This document shows positions 15,968 through 41,148 of a stretch of 64,000 nt of DNA, one piece after another; the first letter of the stretch is position 1; the number at the start of each line of letters is the position of its first letter. Under the pieces are notes generated by a model. It had not been told where the DNA came from, made no database searches, and saw nothing but the letters and a program-made list of their open reading frames with translations. Made by a program: the position numbers and the translations under genes. Location of the stretch: the NCBI RefSeq assembly GCF_009914755.1, contig NC_060947.1. The stretch is one strand, 5' to 3'. The DNA is from the human T2T-CHM13v2.0 reference genome, Homo sapiens.

Positions 15968-16767
15968 TAATTGCCGTAAGGATATGCACTTGTCTCTAGT
16001 CCACACACTTCATGATATAGGTATAGCGTTAGTTTAGCGAAGTTTTCACTGCACTGATATATCTAGTAGGTGATGGAGCTGGGAATGCAACTCATGTCTG
16101 ACTAGTCCACAATACTGCACTATTTCAGTGTTTACGATTTTTTATCCTTTCCCTTCTGAAGAGGCAAAAAATTGAGGAATGTGCCCTGCTTTCCTAAGAA
16201 CTGAAGTGTGAGTACACTGGTAAATCCTTTCATTTGCCTTGTTCCTTATCTGTCAATATGTCTGAATCCTCGCTTGTTGGTTGCACTAAGAATTGTTCTG
16301 TTGTTTCTCATCACAGAAATCTGCAGTCAACTACCTGTTCTCGTGAAGTCTTAAAACTCTTATAGAATAGCCATTTAGGCCTTTCTGCTAGCCTCCTGAA
16401 TTCTGTATTCTCAGGCTGAGCGAGTTTCTGTTTACTCTCAAACCTTAGGTGATTTGGCTAACTCTTAAAGTAATTAGCACGATGATTGGAACGGAGCATT
16501 CTCTCCAACACAGCATTTCTTTTGGCACTTTGCTTCTTGTGCAGTTTAGCTCCAGAAAGTATTAAGGAATGACTTTAGTGCTCATTTGGATGCAGTAAGT
16601 GGTTTGATCTCAGGGTGGCAAAAAGAATGCTTTTTTTATACCTTTTCACATTCGGATAACTTGTTTAGAAGACAGAGGTTCTAACTAGGTTTTGGCCTAT
16701 TAAGAACTGCAAACTAGCAGCAGCAGAACTCTGGCTAAAGGGGCAAGCTTATTAGGAAATTGAGTAT

Positions 16768-18150
<1,383 letters not shown>

Positions 18151-18160
18151 GGAGCAATCA

Positions 18161-18451
<291 letters not shown>

Positions 18452-18819
18452 GAACAATAAAAAAAGTTGAGGATTAGTGGGGAGTGTAGTTTGAGTTAAA
18501 TAATTCAGTTGAATGGACATAAATTCTAGACATAATTGTAGGTAGTCTTAGAATTTATTGATCTTTTATAGAGATGGGGTTCTCACTATGTTGCCCAGGC
18601 TGGTCTCAAAATCCTGGGCTCAAGTGATCCTGCCTCAGCCTCACAAACTGTTGGGATTAAAGAACTATGCAGAGCTGCTGAATGGCCACAAGTTCAGGGT
18701 GGCAAGATGAGTTGCCCATTTGATAGGAAGCTCTAGGATGTTTGATCTGAATGGGGTTTGGATTCAAACTTGATGACAACTGGGTGACATGCCATCTTTG
18801 CTATTACCACATTTTCTCT

Positions 18820-18887
18820 TTATATATATATATTTATATATTATATATTATATATATTTTTATGTTTTTTATATATATTTATATATA

Positions 18888-18920
<33 letters not shown>

Positions 18921-19202
18921 GAGATGGAGTCTCTGTTTCCCTGGCTGGAGTGCAGTGGTGCGATCTCTGCTCACTGCAACTTCCGCCCACCTCCCGGGTT
19001 CAAGTGATTCTTCTGCCTCAGCCTCCTAAGCAGCTGGGATTATAGACACGTGCCACCATGCCCGGCTGATTTTTTTGTATTTTTAGTAGAGATGGGGTTT
19101 CACCATGTTGGTCAGGCTGGTCTTGAACTCCTGACCTCATGATCTGCCTGCCTCGGCCTCCCAAAGTGCTAGGATTACAGGCATGAGCCACTGTGCCCAG
19201 CC
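18820..19202 (-). mobile_element. Alu with expanded (TA)n/AT-rich tail (18820-18905)
   Basis: Alu consensus; TSD-like TTCTCTTTAT. Confidence 0.88.
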
Positions 19203-19424
19203 TTCTCTTTATTTTTTTTAGTCCACAAGTTCTACACATTTTCTCTTAAATTCACTGATTTTTAGATTATTTTCTCCCTATGGCTTAAGAGTATACTGAG
19301 TACTATTTAAAGCAAAGCATTGCAAAAGAATAGTTGCCCCACTATTCATTTGCAATGCTTTGCTTTAAATAGTACTTAAAGTAGTCATTTTTGAAGAAAG
19401 TGATCTTCTGTAGTTATTTATTAA

Positions 19425-19607
<183 letters not shown>

Positions 19608-19841
19608 TAGCTTTATTATTTGAAAAGGTGAACATCTATTCATTGTGGCATAGAGCTCAGGGGTAATCCTCTAAAAATATTAGATCTATAGCTAAAGATA
19701 TGTGAGGTCTTTTGCTACAAGGAGGAAAGGAAGAATGAGGCAGCTTAACAGCATGGTGAGTATTTTAGGAACAGATAATGTTCTTAATGGGGCAGTAGTT
19801 CATGGCAAAATACAAAACAACTTTTTTCTGTTCTGTTACAG

Positions 19842-19862
19842 GGCCAAGTGATCCAGTTCTAA
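19842..19862 (+). CDS. RPL36A: RPL36A exon 5 coding part
   Basis: GQVIQF-stop; exon lengths 3+106+68+123+21=321 nt = 106 aa. Confidence 0.96.
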   Translation, partial: GQVIQF

Positions 19863-19885
19863 GTGTCATCTTTTATTATGAAGAC

Positions 19886-19891
19886 AATAAA
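19886..19891 (+). terminator. RPL36A: RPL36A proximal poly(A) signal (a distal AATAAA lies at 20243-20248)
   Basis: AATAAA 23 nt after the stop codon, followed by GT/T-rich sequence. Confidence 0.8.
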
Positions 19892-20424
19892 ATCTTGAGT
19901 TTATGTTCACTTCATTTGTTTGCTGTTCATCTTTTGGGAGGGAATAAGCTAGAGCCATCAATACAATTCCGCTTGTGGGGAAATTTATGCCTCTTACTGG
20001 TACTACTTGTTTTGCATTGAAGCTGACTGGTTGAGTTCACATCATATGTTGCAATTTTCTAATTTGGCACTTCAATCACTAGGGGCCTTATGAGGCAGTT
20101 TGTCATTATGCAATGGTTATTGGTTATCATGTGAGTAGACACATTTCAGGCTAATAGGGAGAAGTCAGTAACACATTCATAGTGAATATGAGATGTCTTT
20201 GCTAAGAGTTAAGTGTCAGATCTTTGTTATAACAGTTAATTTAATAAAGAATTTTGGCATTGTTCTTCAGACACAGTACACTGTAACATATATAACATTG
20301 TCTGTGGACTTGGTCTTACACTCTTGAACATTTTGACATTCCCCCTCACATTTTAAAGTAGATATATTTATACCAAAATAACTACAAAGAATAGGTTTTC
20401 TAGTGTATGAAACCCCCCAGTGGA

Positions 20425-21857
<1,433 letters not shown>

Positions 21858-21923
21858 TGAGCTTTTAAAGTGAATGGAGAAAAAGGTGGACAGGAAGTAG
21901 TAGTTGGCAATAAAATAAACATT

Positions 21924-22247
<324 letters not shown>

Positions 22248-22397
22248 CTAGTGATAAGTGGCCCTGTTAGTTTGGCATTCATTCTTAATGTCAGAACTAT
22301 CAAGCACTTGTAGGAAAAATTAAAATGATCCTGTAGCATTATTTTGGAAATAAAGTAATGTTTCTAGCAAGAAGCTTTATTACTGATAGTAACATCA

Positions 22398-22739
<342 letters not shown>

Positions 22740-22890
22740 CTAGATGACCCATATGGAGAAACCACTTTCCACAGCATCCTGCTCTAAGTACTCTCACATA
22801 AAGCCTCCTCCCAGGAACTTTACCTGTATTTACCTTGAATGTCAAAATAGGAAACAAGCCTACCGCAGGGTCTTGAACAAGGAGGGCTCA

Positions 22891-23088
<198 letters not shown>

Positions 23089-23338
23089 TTACTTTCTACT
23101 AACATCCTTGTGAGATGAAAACAGTTTAAAGGAGGCACTTGTAGCCTTCTCTTGAGTTTACAGATTGAACGTCTCCATAAGGAGGTCTAAACCCTTATAA
23201 TGAATTTTCACTGTAAGAAGTTTGCTTCAGAAGTAGGCCATATAACTTGAAATCCCTTAAAGTTAATTTACTTCTATAATCAGAACTAAAATGGTCTTAG
23301 TAAAATTAAAAGCTGCAAAATTACATAGGACTCCATCA

Positions 23339-24620
<1,282 letters not shown>

Positions 24621-24774
24621 ATAATTACAGCAGTGGGGATGGTGAGAAGTGGTTGGAACCTGGGAGAGATGGTAGGATGATAGTAAGTAACGTTGGACTT
24701 TGAAGGAGACCTTGGTTTCCTTTGTTGTCAAGTTCTATCTATCAGTACAGTTCTATTGGATTCTGGGCTCACTA

Positions 24775-24927
<153 letters not shown>

Positions 24928-24939
24928 CTATATATATAG

Positions 24940-25299
<360 letters not shown>

Positions 25300-25660
25300 T
25301 AGCAGCAGGGACAGGCAGTTGCTCTGTGCTTAAATTGTGTAAAGTACCTCCCAGACTGCTGGGATTGTTCTGAGGAAGTAGTGCAGAGATGGTGTGTATA
25401 TTGAGGAAAGGCAGGAATGAAGATGCTTCTTTCTCTGTGACCGATTGACAACCTGGACTCCCCTAAATGATGTTATAGAGAGTTACAATTACTAATTAAC
25501 TCTTAGAGCCCTCTTGAATTATAAGTGCACAATATTAGCTATGGTTAGGTATGCATGGATTTTACATGAATTAATTAATTAATTAATGAACTGAAAGAGA
25601 AGAGATGGGAGCTCTGGCACATGGAGAATAATTATTTCCAGTATTGTGACAGGGTATTTA

Positions 25661-25948
<288 letters not shown>

Positions 25949-26237
25949 TCACCATTGTAGAAGCACAATCGTGAGGTAGCAGAAAGAGAGAACCATTCCA
26001 GGCTGGGGGAAGAGACAAGGTTACTTCACCAGGTATTGGGGGCTTTTCCCCACAAACCCCCAAAATCATCCAGATGAGTTTGTTGGAAGACAAAGAATAA
26101 ATCCCCCAGTTCTGCTGAGCTAGTTCAAACTAGGCATGTGAGCTATAGCCCAGAACTGAGGAGAAAGCTAGCAGCCATGCTAATCTTCCTGATGGGATCC
26201 TGAAAATTACCTTTTGAGGGAAATGATAGATTTACCT

Positions 26238-26935
26238 TGACAAAGACTCTTCTTGACCAAACTTTAGTTAGACTTCTCTGATGAGCCTTCTTTTCGACTA
26301 GACCTCCACCTTGGCTTCCTATGTCTGTCCTAGCAAGACCTCTTAGCAAGAATCCTGCTAAGTCAATACTGCCACCATTGATATCTGATCAATTTCCCTC
26401 ATCCCCCACCCTTCTTGTTTAAGTACATGAAGCTTTAGCAAGAAGCTCCCTACCCTTGATGTCTTCTTAAATATTCCATCCACTGACCCCCTCAATCTGC
26501 TCATTGGCTATAAATCTCCACCTGTCTTTGTTGTATTTGGAATTGAACTTGGCTCTTTCCTCTACTGTGGTAGTACTGAATAAAATCTGTCTTCATCGGC
26601 CGGGCGTGGTGGCTCATGCCTGTAATCCCAGCACTTTGGGAGGCCAAGGTGGGCGGATTACAAGGTCAGGAGTTCGAGACCAGCCTGGCGAATATGGTGA
26701 AACCTTGTCTCTACTAAAAATACAAAAATTAGCCGGGCGTGGTGGTGTGCGCCTGTAGTCCCAGCTACTTGGGAGGCTGAGGCAGGAGAATCACTTGAAC
26801 CCAAGAGGTGGAGGGTTGCAGTGAGCTGAGATTGTGCCACTGCACTCCAGCCTGGGCGACAGAGCGAGACTCCGTCAAAAAAAAAAATCTGTCTTCATCA
26901 TCTTTAACTAGTGTTGGACTCCATTTCTCTTCAAT
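26238..26935 (+). mobile_element. MER31-like ERV1 solo LTR with Alu inserted at 26598-26888
   Basis: Starts TGACAAAGACTCTTCTTGACCAAACTTTAG; AATAAA; Alu TSD AAAATCTGTCTTCATC. Confidence 0.7.
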
Positions 26936-26996
26936 GATCTCCAGAATATTTTCCTTCTATCTTCTAAAATTCTAGTTTATAGTACCATTGCAATAG

Positions 26997-27844
<848 letters not shown>

Positions 27845-27925
27845 TGAGGGCTGTTTCTAAACAAGCTTCTGTACAGAAGTGCTTACAGTCCTCTGAATGA
27901 ACAAGAACATTATCTATAAACTCAC

Positions 27926-28100
27926 ATAATTAGCTAGCTGGCGAATCCCATGAGGAAAGCGCTGAGGGTCTGCCTGAAGTCTGCCTTCTGAATCTCTTTG
28001 GGGAGCCATCCAACAGTCATCAATGCAGAGGTACTCATAACCTGCATCCTTCCAGCCTTCTGAGACCATGAGCTCTGCCATCTCCATGAAGAGCTTCTCA
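27926..28100 (-). CDS. GLA: GLA exon 2
   Basis: [30 protein letters not shown]...RQLANY; 175 nt. Confidence 0.98.
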
Positions 28101-28546
28101 CTGAAAGAGAAATTCCAATAATCATTACAATTCATTAAATGAACACTTAGGTACCTCCCATTTATTAGGCACCTTGGGATTTCACAATTTTTTCCAACCC
28201 AGTAATAGTGTGGTAGTAATCACAAGCAATGTAAGGTAAAATGAATTGTTTTTCCAGATTTTCTTTTGTCTCTCTTATCCCGTTAATATTCCCGCCCTAA
28301 AAACCCCAAACAAAATAGGAATGAGAAATATATGATGAAATTGAAAAGAGTATTAGATCTAAGAAGACAGTTCAGTAAAGTCAGAAACTACAAAGTTAAC
28401 ATAATCAACAGATATCAACAATAATCCTATTTGGAGAAAAAGATCCCATTCACAAGAACAACTGAACAACCTAAAATGCCTAGAGATAAATTTAAGATAC
28501 GTGCAAGGCCCATATGTTAAAACTATGATGCTCCTAAATGATTTGA

Positions 28547-30494
<1,948 letters not shown>

Positions 30495-31247
30495 TCATTT
30501 ATATAGAAAACAATTGTAAGGTTGTATATTAACATTTAAACCATGATTATTTCTGGGTGGTGGAACGGTGGGGGGAAATCTTTATTTTCATTTTGCTCTT
30601 CTTTATCTACATTTTTTGCAATGATCATGCATTAGTTTTATAATCAGATGCAAATACCAATAAAAAAAAATCCGTGATGGGCAAAATTGCCACACATACT
30701 GTACCACAGGGTCACATGAAACTTACAAGGCCAATTTCTTCTGTGATGTCTGACCAACATCCTGACTTTATCTATAAAGATATTCATAGGAATAACTTAT
30801 GGACACAGAAATGTACTGTGACTGCCACCTTTTACCAACATCTATCAGTGATTCCTAACCTTTTTTAAATCACAGAGCCCTTTGAGAATTTGAAGAAAGG
30901 TAAATATCCTCTCTCCAGAAAAATACACATATTCATTCAGATTTGTAGATTTACATTCATTTTCCCATTGAACATTTGCTCTGTAAGCGCAGTTGAATGG
31001 TCAAGCGCTGTGCTATGTACTTTAAATAGGTTATCTCCTTGAAAACTCACCTGTGTGAGATAAGAACTATTTTTCAGATTTTTTTTGTCAGCTCCCTGAA
31101 ATTAAAAGGTTGTAATCCCAATTTACAGATAAGGATTGTGAGGGTCAGATATGTTCAATACCTATCTAATCCAGCCTCAACCCTCACGCAAAGGTGTAAA
31201 TGTATAAAGTTCCTCCATGTCAACCTTCCAGCCTGATGCCACGCTCA

Positions 31248-32700
<1,453 letters not shown>

Positions 32701-35519
32701 AAAACGTTTGAAAACCACGGCCCTGAGTTAAGAAAAACAGATACTGAAAATAGTGGTCTGAGTGCTGGTCTATCCATTCAGGCACTCAGTCTCCACTGCC
32801 TGATTGTCTGTAAGGGGAGGCCCCAAGTGAATTTTATCTGTAGAGTCACATCTAGGCAAATGCGTGCTTGACAAAGGCGCCCAATAAATTACTTTACTGA
32901 ATAGAGTATTTGAATAATGTTTATTTTTCTGCTGATAACAACAATCTACATATTCAATTTCGAACATTTGAAAAATAACAATATAGTATAAAATTTAAAA
33001 ATACACATAATTCACCACCCGGAGACGACTGCTCAACCTGATGTCGTTACAGTTTTTTAAAAAATGTGTATAACACACATATAAATACACAAATTCTTAA
33101 CTCACAAAGAGTCCTGGTTCCCACTTTAGCCAGCAGTCCTGATGGCCTTCCCAGGAGACGCAGTAATGAAGTAGAACCTCTCTGCCCCTACAGAAGGGCT
33201 CTTAAGGAATAGAGCGGTGCAGGGAATTAAATGGGACGGGTTATCCCAGGGATAAGGCAAGCAAAAAAAAAAAAAAAAATCCTGCAAAATGAAATAAAAA
33301 AACAGCTTGTAAATCTGTCACTGAGACCTTAGGATGGTTAATAGGAAAACTGTTATCACTGCAGATGCAGTGTGCTAGGCACATAATCGGCAATCAGTAA
33401 ATGTTTGTTAAATCGTTTCCTCAGTGTAGTTTTATGGCCGTTATTACACTTTGTACTTTGTTTCCAAGAGGCCCAGTGCTCCCAGACCATTTCAGATAAA
33501 CCATCCACATACAAAATTAGAAAATTTTATAAAATTTCCTATACCAAATCCCAGAAATGCAAACATTTTAATTTGTTTTATGTTACTTTTTTTGCTGAAG
33601 TAAAAGTAATTATTTCTGTAGAAATTTAAGGCTGCATAAAAAAATTGGAAAAATAACATGGAAAATCCATAAACCTCCCACTCAGAGTAACCACTAATAT
33701 GTTCTTTCTAACTTAAAAAGAAAAAATCCCAGTACAGCAAATGTAAAGAATTAAAACTGTATAGAAGTATATAGGGTAAAAAGCGAAAAGCCCACTTCAC
33801 CCCCCCACCCTTCAGTTCTCTCAAAAACAAGTTTGCTTCCAGATCTTTTATTTATTTACATACGTATATACATGCATGCCAATCTTTTACTATAAGTAGG
33901 ATCATACTATGTATATTCTTTTATTTAATGTATTTTGGAGATCTTTCTGGGTCAAGGCAGATAGATTTTTTTTAAATGGCTGCATTGCATTCCAGTTTAA
34001 GGATAAAGTATAATTCATTCAGCCATTCCTCTAATGATGGCTATTTAGGTTTCCAATTTTCTGCCATTACTAACAGTGCTGCAAGGAACATTTGTAAGTA
34101 TTTCTGTTGACTAGATTCCTGGAAGGATTCTAGCAGTGTCAAAGGGTATGGGAACATGTATTTTGTACACAGTTGATATTGTAAAGCAGTTGTGCTCTTG
34201 GGTCACTTACAATTATAGCATAAGTAATTTCTCATGTTATTAAATATTTTTGTAACTTTTAAAATTAAATGCATAATATTCGTTTTCTTAATAAAGTACT
34301 TTTCAAAGAATATATAGCTCCATAAATCTGTCTGAATTTCAGATCATCTCCTTAGGGCACATAACTGAAATGTATTTGCTGTCAAAAGGCGTGATACATA
34401 TTATCAAATTGCTTTCAGGATATAGTGGGGTTTATCAAAAAGGAAATAGTTTATATCAATTATCACTCTTCTGGTAGTGTATTAGTTTGTGAACTGCATA
34501 GCACTGATTTACTGTTGCTGTTTAATTTCCATTATCTTGATGGGTGAAAAATAACGATTAGTTCTGATTTTAACTTGCTGGAAGATTGATTAAATTTGAA
34601 CATTTCCCAGATTCCTCTCCTGTATCCTCCTATACCTGTATTCTCTCATACTTAATCTGTTATCAAGTCCCGCAGATTCCACTTTTTTTGGTATGTGTAG
34701 ATACATCTTTTCTCCATTTTACTCCTGTTGCCTTAGGCGATTCCTTTAACATATATTTATGAGACAAGTTCTAACTAATCTCCCTAGTTCCACGTCGACC
34801 CCCTTCTGTTTGAGTGCCACGCTGTTGCCAGGGTGATCTGTCTGAAAGAGTTTTGGTGAAGTCACCCTACATACTCCCCGGTTTAAAAGTCTTAAAAGGC
34901 GCTTAGTGTTTGTATATCAAAGTCTTTGGGATCTGATCTATGCCTTGCCAGTCTTTTCACTTGCTTTTCCCTCTCCTATTTGTGCTTCATCATAATTAAG
35001 AAAAAAAAATGTTTATGGATCCCTGGGCAGATTAGTCTGTTTCATTTAACCATTTGGCCTCCAACCAATAGAACTGATCAACTAGTCCCTCTTTGATACT
35101 ATGCTTACACTCCACTCAGAGGGTCATGGCAAGTATAATGTATATTTGCATTTACATCTTTAATAATGACATTCGGTGCTCCTGTAGGACCATAAGCCCA
35201 TTCTGGGCTTATTGATTCTTGTATGCCAGAGCCGAATATTGGACATGGCAACTAAAAAATGTTTCTAAAATGAATGTGTGAATTCCCAATAATGTCTTTT
35301 TTTCATTTATCTCTGGAGCCCAAATATTTCCCTGATTTTATTGATTTGCATACATTTTTATATAATGAAGATATTATATAAAGAACTTACATAACCTGTG
35401 TTTTGTTTGTGTTTTAATTGTTGTTTAATCTTTTGATCTAGTGAAGTTTTTTATGTTTATATATTCAGATATAGCCATCTTTTATTTGTTGACATCTCCC
35501 ACTGATTTGTTGCTGTTAA

Positions 35520-35845
<326 letters not shown>

Positions 35846-36070
35846 TAATGGTATCTAACACGTAATAGGCATTGAATAAATAACTGCTAAAAAATGAATG
35901 AGTTAAAAATTTGGTGAACTCTCTGTTTATACAGACGTCTTACAGAAAAGCTGTCAGCATAATTGAATTTTCTATTAATAGTTTGCTTTTTTCTCTTACT
36001 ATATCACGAGCATTTTTCCATGACAGTAGTCTTCTTTTTTTTTTTTTCAGCTACACCAAAATTGCATTGA

Positions 36071-37453
<1,383 letters not shown>

Positions 37454-38217
37454 GTAGAGAAGGAGCACTAAATAGCTACTCCAGATATAAAAGCTGTACA
37501 TTTGTGGGAGTTGAATAGAATGGGAGGGATGTTTAGTATATCCAGTATGATTGGTAAATGGGAAATATAATTGATTCTGATCACTCTTGGTCAGCTTCTC
37601 TTTCTTTATCTTTCTTTCTCCTTTTTTAAGAAAACGAGTTAAGTTTAACAGTTTTGCATTACAGGCTTGTGATTCATGCTTACTGTAAAGTGGAAGTTGA
37701 GATTATTTTAAAACTTCAAGCTCAGTAATTTTGAACACTGAAACATTCATCTAGGACATAATAACAAAGTTCAGTATTGACCATAACTGTTAAAACAATT
37801 TTTAGCTTTCCTCAAGTTAGTTATGTTGTAGGAGTGTACCTAAGCAGTAAGCGTATTTAGGTTAATGCAGTTTCACTTATGTTAAATGTTGCTCTTATAC
37901 CACAAATACATTGAAAACTTCGGATGCATGTTGAGAAACATGCCTTTCTGTAAAACTCAAATATAGGAGCTGTGTCTACGATTCAAAGTGAAAACATTTG
38001 GCATGTTTGTTAATTCTAGCTTTTTGGTTTAATATCCTGTAAGGCACGTGAGTGTACACTTTTTTTTTTTTTAAGGATACGGGACAATTTTAAGATGTAA
38101 TACCAATACTTTAGAAGTTTGGTCGTGTCGTTTGTATGAAAATCTGAGGCTTTGGTTTAAATCTTTCCTTGTATTGTGATTTCCATTTAGATGTATTGTA
38201 CTAAGTGAAACTTGTTA

Positions 38218-38223
38218 AATAAA
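38218..38223 (+). terminator. HNRNPH2: HNRNPH2 poly(A) signal
   Basis: AATAAA preceded by TGTA motifs at the end of a ~780-nt 3' UTR. Confidence 0.75.
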
Positions 38224-38960
38224 TCTTCCTTTTAAAAACTGGAAAAAATCTTGAACTGATTGATTTTTATTATGTTCTGTCATATGGGCACACTGATTGA
38301 CTTTACAATTCCCTCAAAGTTAAGATTTTTAATTTTAAAATTATAAATGATATTTAGCATCTTTATATGTTCATTGTTGCATATATCATTAATTATTTCT
38401 AAGATATATCCCTAGAAATGGGATTGCTGAGTCAAAGATATACTCATTTTTAAGGCTTCTGATTTGTGTTACCAGAAAGATTCTGGTACTTTATCTTTCT
38501 ACTTGGAGTGTGTGTTTTATTTTCCCCCTTATACCCTCCTTATTGATGCACATTATTCTTTTTGAACTTTGCCAGTTTTTTAGTTGAGAAATGATATCTC
38601 ATTGCTATTTTAATTTGTATTTTTTTGATTAATATTAAAGTTGTACATTCTTTTTTAAAAAAAACTTACCATGTCTACAGGACTATTGAGCTACTTTTGG
38701 AGACTGTACTTACCAAGATAGTATTCTCTAAAATCCAAAGAAGTGAAAGCAAATAAATAATCCTTTTTATTTCACCACAAACTAGAAGGCACGTTTGTAT
38801 GTTTAAAAAGAAGTAGGCTTACAATTATGTGTTAAAAACAAAACATAAAAAAGAAGCAGGTTTATGTTATGGAAATAAATTGTCTCCTCCATGAATTCAT
38901 TAGTAGATTCTCTATAAACACTCTCAGGTGTATTTTAGGGCATCTAAAGCTTATCTTAAA

Positions 38961-39120
38961 CCAGCGGTTCTCAAACATTCATGTGCATCAGAATCATCTG
39001 CAGGGGTTGTTTAAACATTCATTTCTAGGCCCCATCCCTAGAGTTTCCAATTCAGTAGTTTTGGGATGTTGCTTGAGAATGTGCTGATGCTGCTGGTCTC
39101 AAGACCACGTTTTGAGACCC
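38961..39120. mobile_element. MER5-like hAT-Charlie MITE
   Basis: CAGCGGTTCTCAAAC...CATCAGAATCA...TTTGAGACC termini. Confidence 0.7.
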
Positions 39121-39790
39121 ATCACAGTTCCCCAAACAGCAACTTTAAGGAGCAGCTTCCTTTATGATCCCTGATTGCCTCCCCTTTGTTCCCATAACAA
39201 GTAGTTTAAATTTTCTGTTAAAGTCCAAACCACATATTTACAATACCTCGCACCTCTTAATGAGGATTTTGAGCTGCTGTGGCATTGTGTGCTGATATCT
39301 TAGATTTCTGTCTGGATCACAGTGGTCATTAACAATTCCACCCCTCAATAACTTTAAGGCCCTGATGTCCCTCTTATCAGTACCAACTGTACCGTGAACT
39401 ACAGATCTCTGTAGTTTCACTGACCCCTTGGGGACTGGATTGCTATACTTGGGCTGTTCAGGGCTTGGGGCCCAGAGAAATGAGATGGGAGGCAAATACC
39501 AAGTTGGTATTACCTGACTCCGTTTCATTCAGGAAATGAAAATCAATTCTAGAAAATCATTCAAGCTGAAGATGCAGTGAGACGTGATTGAGATTCTTTG
39601 ATGACTTCTAATTTTTATCACAGCTTTCAGGAGAGCAAGAAATCCATTTTGACTCCTATCATGTTGAGCCAGTCCTTGCCCTTCAGGAAGCCTTTCTCAG
39701 AGGGTAAACAAGTAGGTGTTTTTGCCTTCCCAGGCTACTTAGTTAATTTTCCAGAAGTTTCTCTAAGTCTGAGCAAAGATTCTCAAGTTA

Positions 39791-39806
39791 GCCACTAGAT
39801 GGCACC
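39791..39806 (+). promoter_or_regulatory. CTCF-like motif
   Basis: GCCACTAGATGGCACC matches the CTCF core consensus CCASYAGRKGGCRS closely. Confidence 0.65.
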
Positions 39807-40195
39807 AAATCCCAGGAGACAATAGAGGGTTCTTTGTGATCTTAGATGTTCACTTACTCTTCTTCGCTGGCTAAGAAGACTCAGAAGGGCTCTGGGGAGC
39901 AAAGGAGAGAGAACCTGGAGAAGGTCAGCGGTCAGCACTAGAGGTGTGCAAAGGGACAGCAGTACAGCTGGTGTGCACACGCGTGCACACCCACCACCAT
40001 TCGTGCTCCAACACTCACATCTAACACTACTACCCAGGAAAGTGATGGGAGGTCGAGTGGGCAGTCCACCCACAACACCCCCCAAACACTGAGTCAGAGG
40101 ATTTATTTTCAACTGCGTGTGTGAGCTATTTGGCAGGATCAGGCAGAAAATTTGCAGCCACAGTTATCGTGGTCTAAGTATCCGATGGCTTGTGC

Positions 40196-40695
40196 CAGTG
40201 GTTCTCTGGGTGTGGTACCTGATCAGTAACAGCATGAACCTCCACCTTGTGAGATATGCAGATTCTTTTTGCCCCCCCGCCCCCCGCCTCGTCCCTTTCC
40301 CCCAACGACTGAATCAGAAACTGGGTGTGGAGCCCAACAAGTTGTGTTTTGTTTTTTGTGTTTTTCTGAGACAGGGTCTCGCTCTTGCCCAGGCTGGAGT
40401 GCGGTGGTGCGATCTCAGCTCACTGCAGCCTTGAATTCCAGGCTCAAGTGATACTCCCACCTCAGCCTCTCGAGTAGCTGGGACTACAGGCGAGTGCCAC
40501 CAAGCCCAGTTATTTTTTAAAATGATTTTTATAGAGACGGGATCTCACTATGTTGCCTAGGCTGGTCTCGAACTCCTAGGCTCAAGAGATCCTCCTGCCT
40601 TGGCCTCTCAAAGTGCTGGGATTACAGGTGTGAACCTCTGTCCAGCCAATAAGCTGTGTTTTAACAAGTGCTCAGGGTGGTTCTGCTGCAGGAAA
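40196..40695. mobile_element. MER5-like MITE interrupted by a minus-strand AluJ (40345-40647)
   Basis: CAGTGGTTCTC...ACTGAATCAGAAACT...CTGTGTTTTAACAAG; embedded Alu. Confidence 0.7.
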
Positions 40696-41148
40696 CTACT
40701 GGCTGATGGATACATGGATTCCATTATCCACCCATTCATTGATTCCTGCATTCACTCATCCAACCCTAAAGGAGGTAACCAAAACAGAGACAATCCCATG
40801 TGTAAGCATGACATATCTTCTCTGCCTTCTCTACCCAGCAAAATGATACGAAAATGCATTGCGAATATGTTTATAAATCAAGCTCCTTTTCCATCAGGTA
40901 GAATTCCTAGTGCTGTCAGCTAAAATGAAGATTTCTCCAAGATGGGCCTCCAGGGCTATTGCAAAACAGCTGCTGATGGAAGGAAATTCCACTTGCTGTG
41001 CCTTATACCAGGCTGGGAGTGTCACAAGAACCCTTTACAAGCTGCTCCCACAATGACCAAAACTGTCTTCTCATGAGTGCAAAGCAGGCATGCCCAAGGG
41101 GCCCAGGTTAGCATGGTGCAGGACTCCGCTGGGAAGGTGAGGGGTTAT

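Noticed and set aside
15995-16110. Possible C/D-box snoRNA in RPL36A intron 3 (ATGATA/GTGATG...CTGA, CTAGTCCAC twice)
   Set aside because: C box is imperfect and I cannot identify an rRNA guide; needs a snoscan/Infernal search.
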